Positions 10,710 to 19,267 of a stretch of 64,000 nucleotides of DNA are shown here, one piece after another. Under the pieces are notes generated by a model. That model was not told the DNA's origin. It ran no database searches and saw only the letters and a program-made list of their open reading frames with translations. Positions within the stretch are counted from its first letter, which is position 1. Each line of letters starts with the position of its first letter. The translations under genes and the position numbers were made by a program. The stretch is from an uncultured Nitrospiraceae bacterium (GTDB lineage Bacteria; Nitrospirota; Nitrospiria; Nitrospirales; Nitrospiraceae), in the NCBI GenBank assembly GCA_963846575.1, contig CAWJWJ010000002.1:128001-192000 (forward strand). Reading direction: 5' to 3'.

Positions 10710-10753
10710 CTGAGCAACTTTGACCAGCCAGGCTGCGGCTCAAGGCGTAGCAT
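10710..10753 (+). promoter_or_regulatory. Palindromic operator plus -10 box (copy 3)
   Basis: CTGAGCAACTTTGACCAG, N20, TAGCAT. Confidence 0.6.
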
Positions 10754-10944
10754 AGGGGGGTGGGAGAGCCCGCCTTGCTCTCGGAATGAGACCCACCCCG
10801 AGTCTTTTACGCAGCCGATTTCATCAGGCTCCGCAAGAACGCAACAGGACAGGGCAAGCCGGGTCTCAGATCCGGAGAGGTGGCTGATGATGGGGCGCGG
10901 AGCATGCTCGAAATCATACCCGGCTCTGAGAGGGAGATGCAGCG

Positions 10945-11148
10945 ATGACACTCGACCGTTCTATCGGTGATCGGATCTTCGAGTCGATCCGCAAGGCTCC
11001 GGGATGTCGTATGGACGACTTGGTGGCCCTCTTTCCAGACTTAACGTGGAACCAAGTGCTCGGTGAAGTGAATCAATTGCGCTTGGGCCATCGGTTACTG
11101 ATGATCGCGAACGGGCAAGGATCCTTTGTGGTGTGCCCGACGGGCTAG
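10945..11148 (+). CDS. Small hypothetical (winged-helix-like) protein
   Basis: RBS GGGAG; PGCRMDDLVALFPDLTWNQVLGEVNQL. Confidence 0.55.
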   Translation: MTLDRSIGDRIFESIRKAPGCRMDDLVALFPDLTWNQVLGEVNQLRLGHRLLMIANGQGSFVVCPTG

Positions 11149-11317
11149 GCCGGATCCGTGCGAATCCGCCCCCCAGTGCCGCTTGTCGTGAGTCACGCTT
11201 TCTGTAGCAGGGGAACGTATGCTTGGACAATCTTGATGCAAAGAGTGTGTTTATTCGTTTCATGGAATGGCCCGCTATGAAATGCGAACCTTGCGGCCAC
11301 AAATTGAGGTGCACGTT

Positions 11318-11617
11318 ATGAAAACGCCTGTATATGTAAACCGCTCACTGCTGTGCTCGGCAGTGTTTTTCCTCGCCTCATTCCTGTCGCCGGTCTTCAC
11401 CCACGCGGAGGAGACTACGCATATGAAAGGCGCCATGATTACCGCACCTACGGACAAGGAAAGGGATGTGGCATCGGGCGCTGTGGAGGACACGCTGAAG
11501 GCCTGTCTGGCGAGAATTCCAGAGAAGGCAAGTGTGGGGCAACGCATGCTGGCGGAACGCACCTGTCAAGGAGAAGAGGGGATCAGAAGGACAACTCACG
11601 GCGCCGCGCAGTTCTGA
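11318..11617 (+). CDS. Exported small protein with two Cys
   Basis: Signal peptide; EDTLKACLARIP...GQRMLAERTC. Confidence 0.65.
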   Translation: MKTPVYVNRSLLCSAVFFLASFLSPVFTHAEETTHMKGAMITAPTDKERDVASGAVEDTLKACLARIPEKASVGQRMLAERTCQGEEGIRRTTHGAAQF

Positions 11618-11660
11618 TAAGCGGTGCCCTCCGGAACAGCCATTTCCAAAGGAGTACGCG

Positions 11661-11906
11661 ATGATACAAGAACAGTTTCAGCAATTCTGGATACAGCTCA
11701 AAGCTCCCTTGAAAGCCAAGTGGGAGAAAATAACTGATGCCGATCTCGAGGAGATCCAGGGGAATCTCGCGACGTTTACCGACATTGTTCTCAAGCGCTA
11801 TGGGGATACGCATAAGGACGACGTGAGCACCTGGGTCAACCGCCGGTATTCGCATTGGACGGGAAACTATCTCGGCTACAAAGACCCGGAGCTGGCCGCC
11901 TCGTAA
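11661..11906 (+). CDS. CsbD/YjbJ-like general stress protein
   Basis: WIQLKAPLKAKWEKITDADLEEIQGN...KRYG matches the CsbD pattern; AAGGAG RBS. Confidence 0.75.
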   Translation: MIQEQFQQFWIQLKAPLKAKWEKITDADLEEIQGNLATFTDIVLKRYGDTHKDDVSTWVNRRYSHWTGNYLGYKDPELAAS

Positions 11907-11987
11907 CCCTCGGCCCTGTCGACAGAGTCGCGCAGCTTGTGATCACTGCTCACGCGTTCGCGTGAGAAAGAGAAAGAGAGTCGGTAT

Positions 11988-12332
11988 ATGGCTAAGATTG
12001 TCATCAATAAAAGTTACGACCGGTTCTGCGTGAGTTATAAGGCTTTCCTTCGGCTGCGGGAGTTAGGACAGCCGGATGCCTTACAGGAAACGGATCACGG
12101 GGCCTACTGGCCTGCGGCCGCCGGTCCGCATGAGCCAAGCCTCAATCGATGCGGAATCCTTATTCCTCGCGATGACCAACGGCTGGTTCAAGTGGTTGAG
12201 GAGTTGCGCGGAGAGGCTAACGGGCACTGTGCAGAACTCAAGGTCGTGACCATCCCCGACGACGTGGAGTGGGTCGTGCTGAAAAAAGATGGTACCGAAC
12301 ATGTCACCGAACAACACCGCACCTGGAGCTGA
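11988..12332 (+). CDS. Hypothetical protein, phage-type family
   Basis: KIVINKSY...RDDQRLVQVVEELRGEANG..AELKVVTIPDDVEW...EQHRTW. Confidence 0.65.
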   Translation: MAKIVINKSYDRFCVSYKAFLRLRELGQPDALQETDHGAYWPAAAGPHEPSLNRCGILIPRDDQRLVQVVEELRGEANGHCAELKVVTIPDDVEWVVLKKDGTEHVTEQHRTWS

Positions 12333-12503
12333 ACGTTATGACGTGATCAAGACGGTCGTTCCTATCGCTGGCGTGAATAGCACGGATGGCCCTGTGATCG
12401 GCCGGCCGTTTGTTGGTGCTACTGGTACAAACCAGTTCCTCTCGGCCGCAATCATAATGTTCCTTGATGTCCAATGCGGGCGACCATTCTCATGGAGGAC
12501 GGC

Positions 12504-12722
12504 ATGAAGACGACACCGCAGACATATGTACTGACATTGCATTCGCCTTCCCGCAGCGCACTTCGGATCTGGACGGGGAAGAACGTCCACCAGCTCCGTC
12601 ACTGTTCGGCCAAACGAATCGGCCAGGTGTTGGAAGAGATGCAGGAACATCTGAACGATCTCCGGAATTCGCTCGGGCCCGCGGTCCCCGAAGGATCCAA
12701 TTCCCTAAACCGCGGACGTTAA
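12504..12722 (+). CDS. Small hypothetical protein
   Basis: GGAGG RBS before ATG 12504. Confidence 0.4.
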   Translation: MKTTPQTYVLTLHSPSRSALRIWTGKNVHQLRHCSAKRIGQVLEEMQEHLNDLRNSLGPAVPEGSNSLNRGR

Positions 12723-12954
12723 TATCGAATTGGTAACACATATTCCACCCACCGTGAAATGACGCCGGGCGACGCTGTGCTTTTAGGGGTGCCACAATCG
12801 GACGATGACCATCGGTACGTGCAGCGGTAGGCCAGTTGATTTGGGGTTGACCCCAAAACCGTGTGCTAAATTTGTGCTAAAAGTTTTCTGAATCCATCAA
12901 TCCCACTCGAATCTATCGATTCCCTAGAATGCGCCCATGTCTTTGTTTCTATGA

Positions 12955-14247
12955 TTAAAATGGGGAAACCATTTGAAACACCGAGCATTTTAAAAACTGT
13001 CCTGTCCTGATTCGTAAACCGCAGGTCGGTGGTTCGATTCCACTCGCCGGCTCCAGAAATATCCCCGACGAATCAACCTGTTGGCGGTTTACGACACCGC
13101 TGCTCTCACCCCTCAATTCTGCCAGTGTAACCGCGAGTGTAACCGTCTGGTTCTCGAAGTAGGCCGACAGGGATCGTGCGGCCTGTTCGAGGTCCCGTTC
13201 GTTCACGATGTTGTACCGGTCAAACACACTCCGGGTTTTGTGGCCAGAAATGGCCATGGCGACCTTTTCCGGTACCCCAGCCCTGACCATGTTCCGCACA
13301 GCCGTCCGTCGAAAGTCGTGTGGAATTCTTCCATCCCAGACGAGCCGCTTTTTCTTCTCATCCATCACCATCCGTCCTAGACCGACCGCCTCACAGGCTT
13401 TACGCCAAGAGCGTTTCAGGCACTGGAGGCGAATGCCGCCTCGATGGCAGATCCAAGAACAGGCCGGCCATTTGTACTCGCAGCGCGTTTTCCAGGCCAG
13501 CAGGACTCTATACAGGTCTCCGGTCAGATAGAGCACCCGTGGTGTCTTAGTCTTGGTGTCTTCAGCCTGGAGGAAGAGTTTGCCTTCCGTCCAGTTAATC
13601 TGTCGCCATTGCAGCGAACAGACTTCACCCATTCTCATGCCGCTGTAGTAGGCCAGCGTGGCTGCCACCTGGGCATAGTCGGGTAGGGCACCACGGAGCG
13701 CCAGGAAATCCTCATGCTCGAAGAAGCCGGAACGGATGTTGTGCTCCTTGAGCTGGGGAATATGAGGAATTCGGGCGACGAGTTGCGGAGTTTGTTGGGA
13801 ACCTAATCGGAACATCCGCTTGAGGAATCCAATCTCTCTGTTGATGGTTCCATTCGCCGCCCCCTGGTCCTGCCGCTTGATGATGTAGGCGTTTATTCGT
13901 TCAGTGGTCATGGTTGAGACTCGGCATCTCCGAAAATGCGGTTCGAGATGCTTTTGATATTCTGTGATCCGTCTGAGTGTCTTCCGCCTATTCATCCGAT
14001 AATCTTGCTCGACCAACGCAGAGAGATCTTCGAAGTACACCCGATCCATACTCGGACCACGATAGCGCCCTGAAGCAATTTCGCCCTCCTTGATCTTTAA
14101 AACCCGCTTCGCGCTGTCTTTATCAAAGGTCTTGGTGCTTTCCTGAATCGGTCGGCCCTCAATGTAATATTTCATCCAATATGGGCCCTGTTCTTCCAAA
14201 GTCCCCGTCGTCGGGTCGCGTTTCTTGCGACGATAAATCATGCCCAT
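12955..14247 (-). CDS. int: Tyrosine recombinase/integrase of element B (3' end reads through the att core)
   Basis: SGMRMGEV, HDFRRTAVRN, ISGHKTRSVFDRYNI motifs. Confidence 0.93.
   Translation of the reverse strand: MGMIYRRKKRDPTTGTLEEQGPYWMKYYIEGRPIQESTKTFDKDSAKRVLKIKEGEIASGRYRGPSMDRVYFEDLSALVEQDYRMNRRKTLRRITEYQKHLEPHFRRCRVSTMTTERINAYIIKRQDQGAANGTINREIGFLKRMFRLGSQQTPQLVARIPHIPQLKEHNIRSGFFEHEDFLALRGALPDYAQVAATLAYYSGMRMGEVCSLQWRQINWTEGKLFLQAEDTKTKTPRVLYLTGDLYRVLLAWKTRCEYKWPACSWICHRGGIRLQCLKRSWRKACEAVGLGRMVMDEKKKRLVWDGRIPHDFRRTAVRNMVRAGVPEKVAMAISGHKTRSVFDRYNIVNERDLEQAARSLSAYFENQTVTLAVTLAELRGESSGVVNRQQVDSSGIFLEPASGIEPPTCGLRIRTGQFLKCSVFQMVSPF
13011..13055 (+). repeat. att core copy 2 (junction of elements A and B)
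   Basis: Identical to tRNA 1203-1247. Confidence 0.95.
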
Positions 14248-14446
14248 GATGTCCCCCCTGTTTGTTGTTTTCGATGAACCGATCCATATCGTAAATATCG
14301 AACAAGACTCGTCGGCCTTGCCGTACACAGGGCAGCTTGCTGGACCAATTGAGATGCCGGACCGCCCACTGGCTGACTCCGAGATATCGAGCCGCCTCCC
14401 TGACTGAATACAACCGTTTAAAAACTTGCTCTGACATTTGCTTCAC
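14159..14446 (-). CDS. Excisionase-like HTH protein
   Basis: RLYSVREAARYLGVSQWAVRHL...LPCVRQGRRVLFD. Confidence 0.85.
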   Translation of the reverse strand: MKQMSEQVFKRLYSVREAARYLGVSQWAVRHLNWSSKLPCVRQGRRVLFDIYDMDRFIENNKQGGHHGHDLSSQETRPDDGDFGRTGPILDEILH

Positions 14447-15273
14447 CCCCTTTCATTTAGAAATGACTGTCTTTGCGCCGAAGGTGGGTACCTTCTCACG
14501 CCTTCGACTTGGATTTTTTGATCTCTGGGGGAGTCATGAGCACGCCTTTGCCCTTCGGTCCAGCACGAACTCAAGCTTTTCCGTGGCACCTTGACGCCTA
14601 ACGAGCAAAAGTATCGATGCTCTTCAAACTCACGCGGCATATTGTCGAAATCCTTACTGATGTATTTCGACAGGTAGCGGGCGAGCTTGACGGGTGAACT
14701 TCCTGGACGTGGCCCTCTCACGTTCACTTGCCCCTGGCCGTTTCCCACGATCTTGTACCAGCATCGTCGAAGGAGCCGAACATCCTGAAAGCCTTTCACT
14801 GCGAGATGCGGATGCAGCGCCCCACGCTGTTGCCGTTCCAGGACCGCCACATAGGGCATGGAACAGCCGGACCGTGAGAGCGCCCGACGTAGTCGCTCCA
14901 GATCGTGTAAGACACGGTCTCGATCCTCCACATTCGCTCGATAGGTCAAGGTCACGAGATGGTCGGCTCCGATGGTCAGGCATTTCTTGCGAATCGTGCC
15001 TTTGGCCCGGCCTCGTGCTCGAGCCTCGTTCATCTTTCTATTCCGTGATGCGCCTTTCTCTCCTCTCTTGCCTTGAATCGGGTCTAACCTTCCCCAAGAC
15101 ATTTCGACCCATTGTTTTCCGAAATCATGAATCGTGATGGACCAGACGTTCCCTGCGGGAGGTAGTGTGATGTGAGGCCATGTGTGGTCGCCGAGAAATG
15201 TCCTCCTGTCAAGTTTAGGAGATGGCCGCTCGCGCGGCTCCCGTGCGCGGGTGGCTTGCGCCACCCCGCGCAC
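14443..15273 (-). CDS. HUH-superfamily rolling-circle replication initiator (start uncertain; probable frameshift near 14580)
   Basis: Motif I LVTLTY, motif II ERQQRGALHPHLAV, motif III YLSKYISK. Confidence 0.8.
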   Translation of the reverse strand: MRGVAQATRAREPRERPSPKLDRRTFLGDHTWPHITLPPAGNVWSITIHDFGKQWVEMSWGRLDPIQGKRGEKGASRNRKMNEARARGRAKGTIRKKCLTIGADHLVTLTYRANVEDRDRVLHDLERLRRALSRSGCSMPYVAVLERQQRGALHPHLAVKGFQDVRLLRRCWYKIVGNGQGQVNVRGPRPGSSPVKLARYLSKYISKDFDNMPREFEEHRYFCSLGVKVPRKSLSSCWTEGQRRAHDSPRDQKIQVEGVRRYPPSAQRQSFLNERG

Positions 15274-15320
15274 CGGCGTCCTGCTTACGGGTTCCTGCTA
15301 TTTGGACTGAGCGGCTTATC

Positions 15321-15349
15321 TTGACAGGACACGTGGAACCTCCTAGCCT
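15321..15349 (+). promoter_or_regulatory. sigma70 promoter for the DUF433/DUF5615 pair
   Basis: TTGACA-N17-TAGCCT. Confidence 0.45.
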
Positions 15350-15386
15350 TATACTGACTAACCGGTTAGTCAGTGAGGAACTCGTC

Positions 15387-15608
15387 ATGGATGATCGTAT
15401 CGTTGTTGATTCCAAAGTCTGCAGCGGGAAGCCCACGATTCGGGGCACCCGCATTATGGTGACGAACATTCTCGGCATGGTGGCCGGCGGCTATACCGTG
15501 GCCCGAATCATCGACGCGTATCCCGAATTGACCAACGACGATGTCACTGCCGCGCTTGAATATGCCAGCCAGGTGATTGACGAAGAGAAAGTCATTCCGC
15601 GTGCCTGA
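15387..15608 (+). CDS. DUF433 family protein (putative antitoxin)
   Basis: RIVVDSKVCSGKPTIRGTRIMV...YPELTNDDVTAALEYA. Confidence 0.9.
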   Translation: MDDRIVVDSKVCSGKPTIRGTRIMVTNILGMVAGGYTVARIIDAYPELTNDDVTAALEYASQVIDEEKVIPRA

Positions 15609-15980
15609 CCGCCTGACCATTCTTCTCGACCAAAATGTTCCCCAAGCCGTCGTTTCATGGCTGAAGCTGTTGAAGCCGACGTGGGCCGTCTTCCACACCG
15701 GCGATGTGGGATTGTCCGGGAAGGCTGATGAAGAGGTCTTCGTCTGGGCCAGGAACAGGCCGCCGTCATCGTGACCTTCGATGAAGACTTCGCCGATGGC
15801 CGTTCCTTTCCGGCACAGCGCCACCATGGCATTGTGCGCCTTCGGGTCTGGCCGACGACGATTGAAGAAACCCAGCAGGCACTGGGGCGGTTGGTCAGTG
15901 AGGTGACCGAGGACGAATTGACCCACTCCCTCATCATCGTAGACCGCTCTCGAATCCGTGTTCGAACCCGACCCCAATAG
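15601..15980 (+). CDS. DUF5615 PIN-like protein (putative toxin), frameshift near 15757
   Basis: ILLDQNVP...GLSGKADEEVFVWA, then shifted frame VTFDEDFAD...HHGIVRLR. Confidence 0.8.
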
Positions 15981-16163
15981 GCTGCACGCCCCGCAAAAAC
16001 GGGACGTGCAGTGTAACCAAAAGTGTAACCGTCGCGACCCTTTTTCGCGGTTTTGGTCGCAACTCCACGCAACACAACACAATCACCTAACCCAATGGTG
16101 GATCAGGGTCTTCTGTGTGTTTTAGTGGTGTGGAATAAGGGGGAGAAATTGCTTCGGGACCGC

Positions 16164-16208
16164 TTCGTAAACCGCAGGTCGGTGGTTCGATTCCACTCGC
16201 CGGCTCCA
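16164..16208 (+). repeat. att core copy 3 (right end of element B)
   Basis: Identical to tRNA 1203-1247. Confidence 0.95.
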
Positions 16209-16626
16209 GTGCAAGTGCCTGAATAAGGGCTCTTCCCGTCGAGAGTCCCTACCAGTCCTCCGGCAAACATCGCGTTTGCTCGCATTTTCCGCGTTTCCTG
16301 CACGATCAAGTCGACCGAGAGCGCCCGCGCAGATGTCTCACGAACCCCGATTAATCGTACGGATACTCGGGACCAACAGATTTCGAAGCTATGTCAAGGC
16401 AGCCTGGAGCAAGCGCTATTCTGCTGTAAGCGTGAGCCGCGTCGCGGTTACGGTGGCATCTAGGATATGTCGAGACGCGAAAAGCGGAGCTATGATCGGA
16501 GGGAACAGCGTGGCCAGTTCTTCAAATACCCTGCGCGGGAGGCTCACAGGGCTCGCTGAGCCGGTACTGCGCCACAGGCCCATGAAATGCACACACTGCA
16601 GGTGCTCGCGGACCGGGCACGCTCGG

Positions 16627-17070
16627 TCAATTGTGCCGCAGGGAAGCGGAACTACTGTTGTTTGTCGATTGCTTTCCACACTTGGCGATTAACGGCTTGG
16701 TCTGCTCCAGGTAGTACGCTGCATTGGCAGATGGCATGGACCGTGACTCAATGAGCAGCTCCTTGGGCCGGGTTTCCGTGAACACGATCTCCGCAAGCGG
16801 CGAGGGGGTGGGGGTGAAAGGACCCGATGGGGAATGGCTGATGAGGAGGGATGTATGACTCCCCTCGGTCGTCACCCGGAACGTGTCTGGCCAAGCGTCC
16901 GCGGTTTCCTCCAGCCGGAGCATGACGCAATTAGCCGTCGACTCATGCCGTCCTGACACGTTGGCGAGGATCATGAGCGGCGATTCGCGGAACTCTTTGA
17001 TGGTCACGGCGCAGCCACACACCAACGGGAAGCCCACCAATCCGAGCAGCAACTGGACATAGGTACGCAT
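16627..17070 (-). CDS. Putative lipoprotein
   Basis: Hydrophobic N-terminus with VCGC lipobox-like motif. Confidence 0.6.
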   Translation of the reverse strand: MRTYVQLLLGLVGFPLVCGCAVTIKEFRESPLMILANVSGRHESTANCVMLRLEETADAWPDTFRVTTEGSHTSLLISHSPSGPFTPTPSPLAEIVFTETRPKELLIESRSMPSANAAYYLEQTKPLIAKCGKQSTNNSSSASLRHN

Positions 17071-17090
17071 TGACAGTGCGGCAACGGAGC

Positions 17091-17618
17091 CTAGTCCCTA
17101 TCTTTTTCGTCTTGAGAATCCCAAGACCCATCTTGCCTTATTCCAGATCCCCCAAGCGCCAACTCTTGTTGTCGCTCCAGAAGAGGACGACCTACGCTCG
17201 TTCTGCCGACAAGTGTTCCTTCGATAAGATCGGCCACGGCAGTTGCTCGCGACAGACCCGAGTGCAATGCGACCCCCGTACAAGCCGTGACCTCCCCGCG
17301 CAATGCCTTCTCGATCAACTCCGTAAGAATTTCGACTTGCTCGTTTTGGCTCAACGGGCAGGGTACATTTTCGGCGGTCAGTTCCTTCAGTCGTCCCACA
17401 AGAAGCTGACGATATTGTACGTGGGTCTTCGAGCCGCACTCCGCGATGGTCTCTTCCAGTCTCTCATCCGCTCCGTCCTGTGCGGGAAACATCGCGTGTC
17501 GGTGGAAATGCTCGTGGGACGTCCCCCAACCGCATACAGGGCAGACGTAGTCAGCGGTGAGGCAGACTCCGCCCACTGTCTCAAGCTGGATATCGTGATC
17601 GAAATGGGAATCGTGCAT
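17091..17618 (-). CDS. Hypothetical protein (CPVCG motif)
   Basis: ORF only. Confidence 0.35.
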   Translation of the reverse strand: MHDSHFDHDIQLETVGGVCLTADYVCPVCGWGTSHEHFHRHAMFPAQDGADERLEETIAECGSKTHVQYRQLLVGRLKELTAENVPCPLSQNEQVEILTELIEKALRGEVTACTGVALHSGLSRATAVADLIEGTLVGRTSVGRPLLERQQELALGGSGIRQDGSWDSQDEKDRD

Positions 17619-17796
17619 ACGGAACCATTTAAAGTGAGACTGCCGCCTTGAGAACTAGTTGAACCCCTAGTCCTCCTAGCTGAGATTCACCGGGCTTCGG
17701 AACGGCGGCCTCTCGGGTGCTCCTCCGTGCCCCGGCGCTGCCGACATGTTCCCGTCCCAGCAGTGCCTCTCAAATATGGGACTTGAAACCTGTGCG

Positions 17797-18702
17797 TCAG
17801 AGCTTACCTCGGAGGCTGTCGACAATGGCCTGAATGGTGAGCGGCGCATTCCCTTCCGCCCGATTGTTGACCAGGACATAGGCCCGGATCTTCTGCGTAA
17901 TCGCCTCGCCGACCAGTGACACGGTCTGCGCTCGCATCTCGGGGAGTATCTCGACAATCCTGGTATAGGGCGCGGCCCGTTTCTTTGCCGCCTCATAGGA
18001 CATCCTTAAAGGCGTCAGCAGACGGAGCACGGTAAACGGCGCGGTAAACGATTCCAGGCGCTGATGCTGGTCAGCCAGTCCGGGCATGTAGCTCCAGTGG
18101 TTATAGACATGGGCGAGACTGTGCCTGGCGAGGAGCGCGTGATAGTCGGTACCGAGCAAGCCGGCATTGCGAATCTCCACCGCGTAGGCAAAATCCTTGG
18201 GAAGCAGACCAAAGAACGTATCCAGCCTGCCCAGGAATTCGCTGGCCGGCATCCCGTGCCGCTGAAACTCAAAGAGAAACGGACCGGTGTGCGGCCCGAA
18301 CTGCGCGTCTCGATAGGGCTGGAGCACCAGTTTCAGAAAGGCGTCGGCGTTGAGAAAATTCGGATTCGGCTGCCCGGCCCGGCTGCCGTAGCGGGCGTGC
18401 ATGGCATAGGTGGGGATGGTGAGTTCTTCCCAAACCTTGAAGCACATTTCAAAGTCTTCGGGCATCTGACTGAGATAGCGGACCAGTTGTCCGCTGGTGG
18501 GGGGGCGGTAGAAGGTCGAGTCATTACCCACCGTGCGAAAGAGCGGCTGGCCCTGGTACAGGTACTGGCAGAACTCGCCCAGGCATTCACGGGTAAACCC
18601 TGTCCTGCTGTACTGCCGCTGATAGACCTGGCCCTGCCAGCCTTCGTAGGTCCAGGTGGAAGTGCCGAAACGGATAAGCGGCGAGACTGTGCCCTCACTC
18701 AT
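17797..18702 (-). CDS. DUF72 (YecE-like) family protein
   Basis: IRFGTSTWTYEGW, DSTFYRPP, FKVW, YAVEIRN, VNNRAEGNAP. Confidence 0.88.
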   Translation of the reverse strand: MSEGTVSPLIRFGTSTWTYEGWQGQVYQRQYSRTGFTRECLGEFCQYLYQGQPLFRTVGNDSTFYRPPTSGQLVRYLSQMPEDFEMCFKVWEELTIPTYAMHARYGSRAGQPNPNFLNADAFLKLVLQPYRDAQFGPHTGPFLFEFQRHGMPASEFLGRLDTFFGLLPKDFAYAVEIRNAGLLGTDYHALLARHSLAHVYNHWSYMPGLADQHQRLESFTAPFTVLRLLTPLRMSYEAAKKRAAPYTRIVEILPEMRAQTVSLVGEAITQKIRAYVLVNNRAEGNAPLTIQAIVDSLRGKL

Positions 18703-19195
18703 GGTCTTCAGCCCTGGTGAATGGCAGGGACGACTGCAGTAGCAACGGATCTTTTGTCTCCCTCAACCTGGCTGGTGGTGCCGGGATGACGACCGGCCCG
18801 GTGAGGATTTCGAACGTCGGCACGTCTTCCTCCCACATCCTCAAGCTCCGTGAGGAATATCCTGGAAGATGATCCAACCATTCGACCGCGAACCACCAGT
18901 CGTCCCCCACGAACCATGTCCCCGTTGCGATGACTTTGGCTATGGTTCCGACCGGTCGATCCCACCGCGCGGTGATGACCCGCAGATGCGCGCCGGTGGT
19001 GATCCGCGGTCGCGTTCTGGAAACAGGGTTCAGTGTGCCTGAACTATCGCCCACACTCGTTCCGGTGTAGACTCCCTGTCCAATGAGACTGCCCCGCTTT
19101 CTTGCCAGCTTTCGAAGTAACGCTTTCCTGGTCGGTTTCATGCTGGGCCCCATCCTAACGTATGCCGAGCTTGTCGGGAAGGTGGTGGGTGGCAT
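18695..19195 (-). CDS. Hypothetical protein
   Basis: ORF overlapping the DUF72 start. Confidence 0.4.
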   Translation of the reverse strand: MPPTTFPTSSAYVRMGPSMKPTRKALLRKLARKRGSLIGQGVYTGTSVGDSSGTLNPVSRTRPRITTGAHLRVITARWDRPVGTIAKVIATGTWFVGDDWWFAVEWLDHLPGYSSRSLRMWEEDVPTFEILTGPVVIPAPPARLRETKDPLLLQSSLPFTRAEDHE

Positions 19196-19267
19196 CGGCC
19201 TGGGCTGGGAAATGAGTCACGACGCCTGCAACCTGGTTCCACGGCACTTCCTGCTGGAGGTCGAATT

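Larger units (their letters stand above)
1248..13055. mobile_element. Integrative element A at tRNA-Thr (tyrosine integrase, Xis, Rep_trans, RHH, cargo)
   Basis: Flanked by identical 45-bp tRNA 3'-end repeats; integrase adjacent to the tRNA; TGTGCTAAATTTGTGCTAA near both ends. Confidence 0.9.
13056..16208. mobile_element. Integrative element B (~3.15 kb: Int, Xis, HUH Rep, DUF433/DUF5615 pair)
   Basis: Flanked by 45-bp att repeats; its own repeats CAGTGTAACC-N3-AGTGTAACCGTC at 13123-13147 and 16009-16033. Confidence 0.9.

Noticed and set aside
15316..15326. TTATCTTGACA as a pC194-type nick site
   Set aside because: It lies on the strand opposite rep and is explained as the -35 box of the toxin-antitoxin promoter.
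13011..16208. att copies as additional tRNA genes
   Set aside because: They contain only the anticodon loop to CCA, with no acceptor 5' strand or D-arm.
13056..16208. Element B as an inovirus prophage
   Set aside because: No Zot/pI ATPase, coat or ssDNA-binding genes lie between the att sites.
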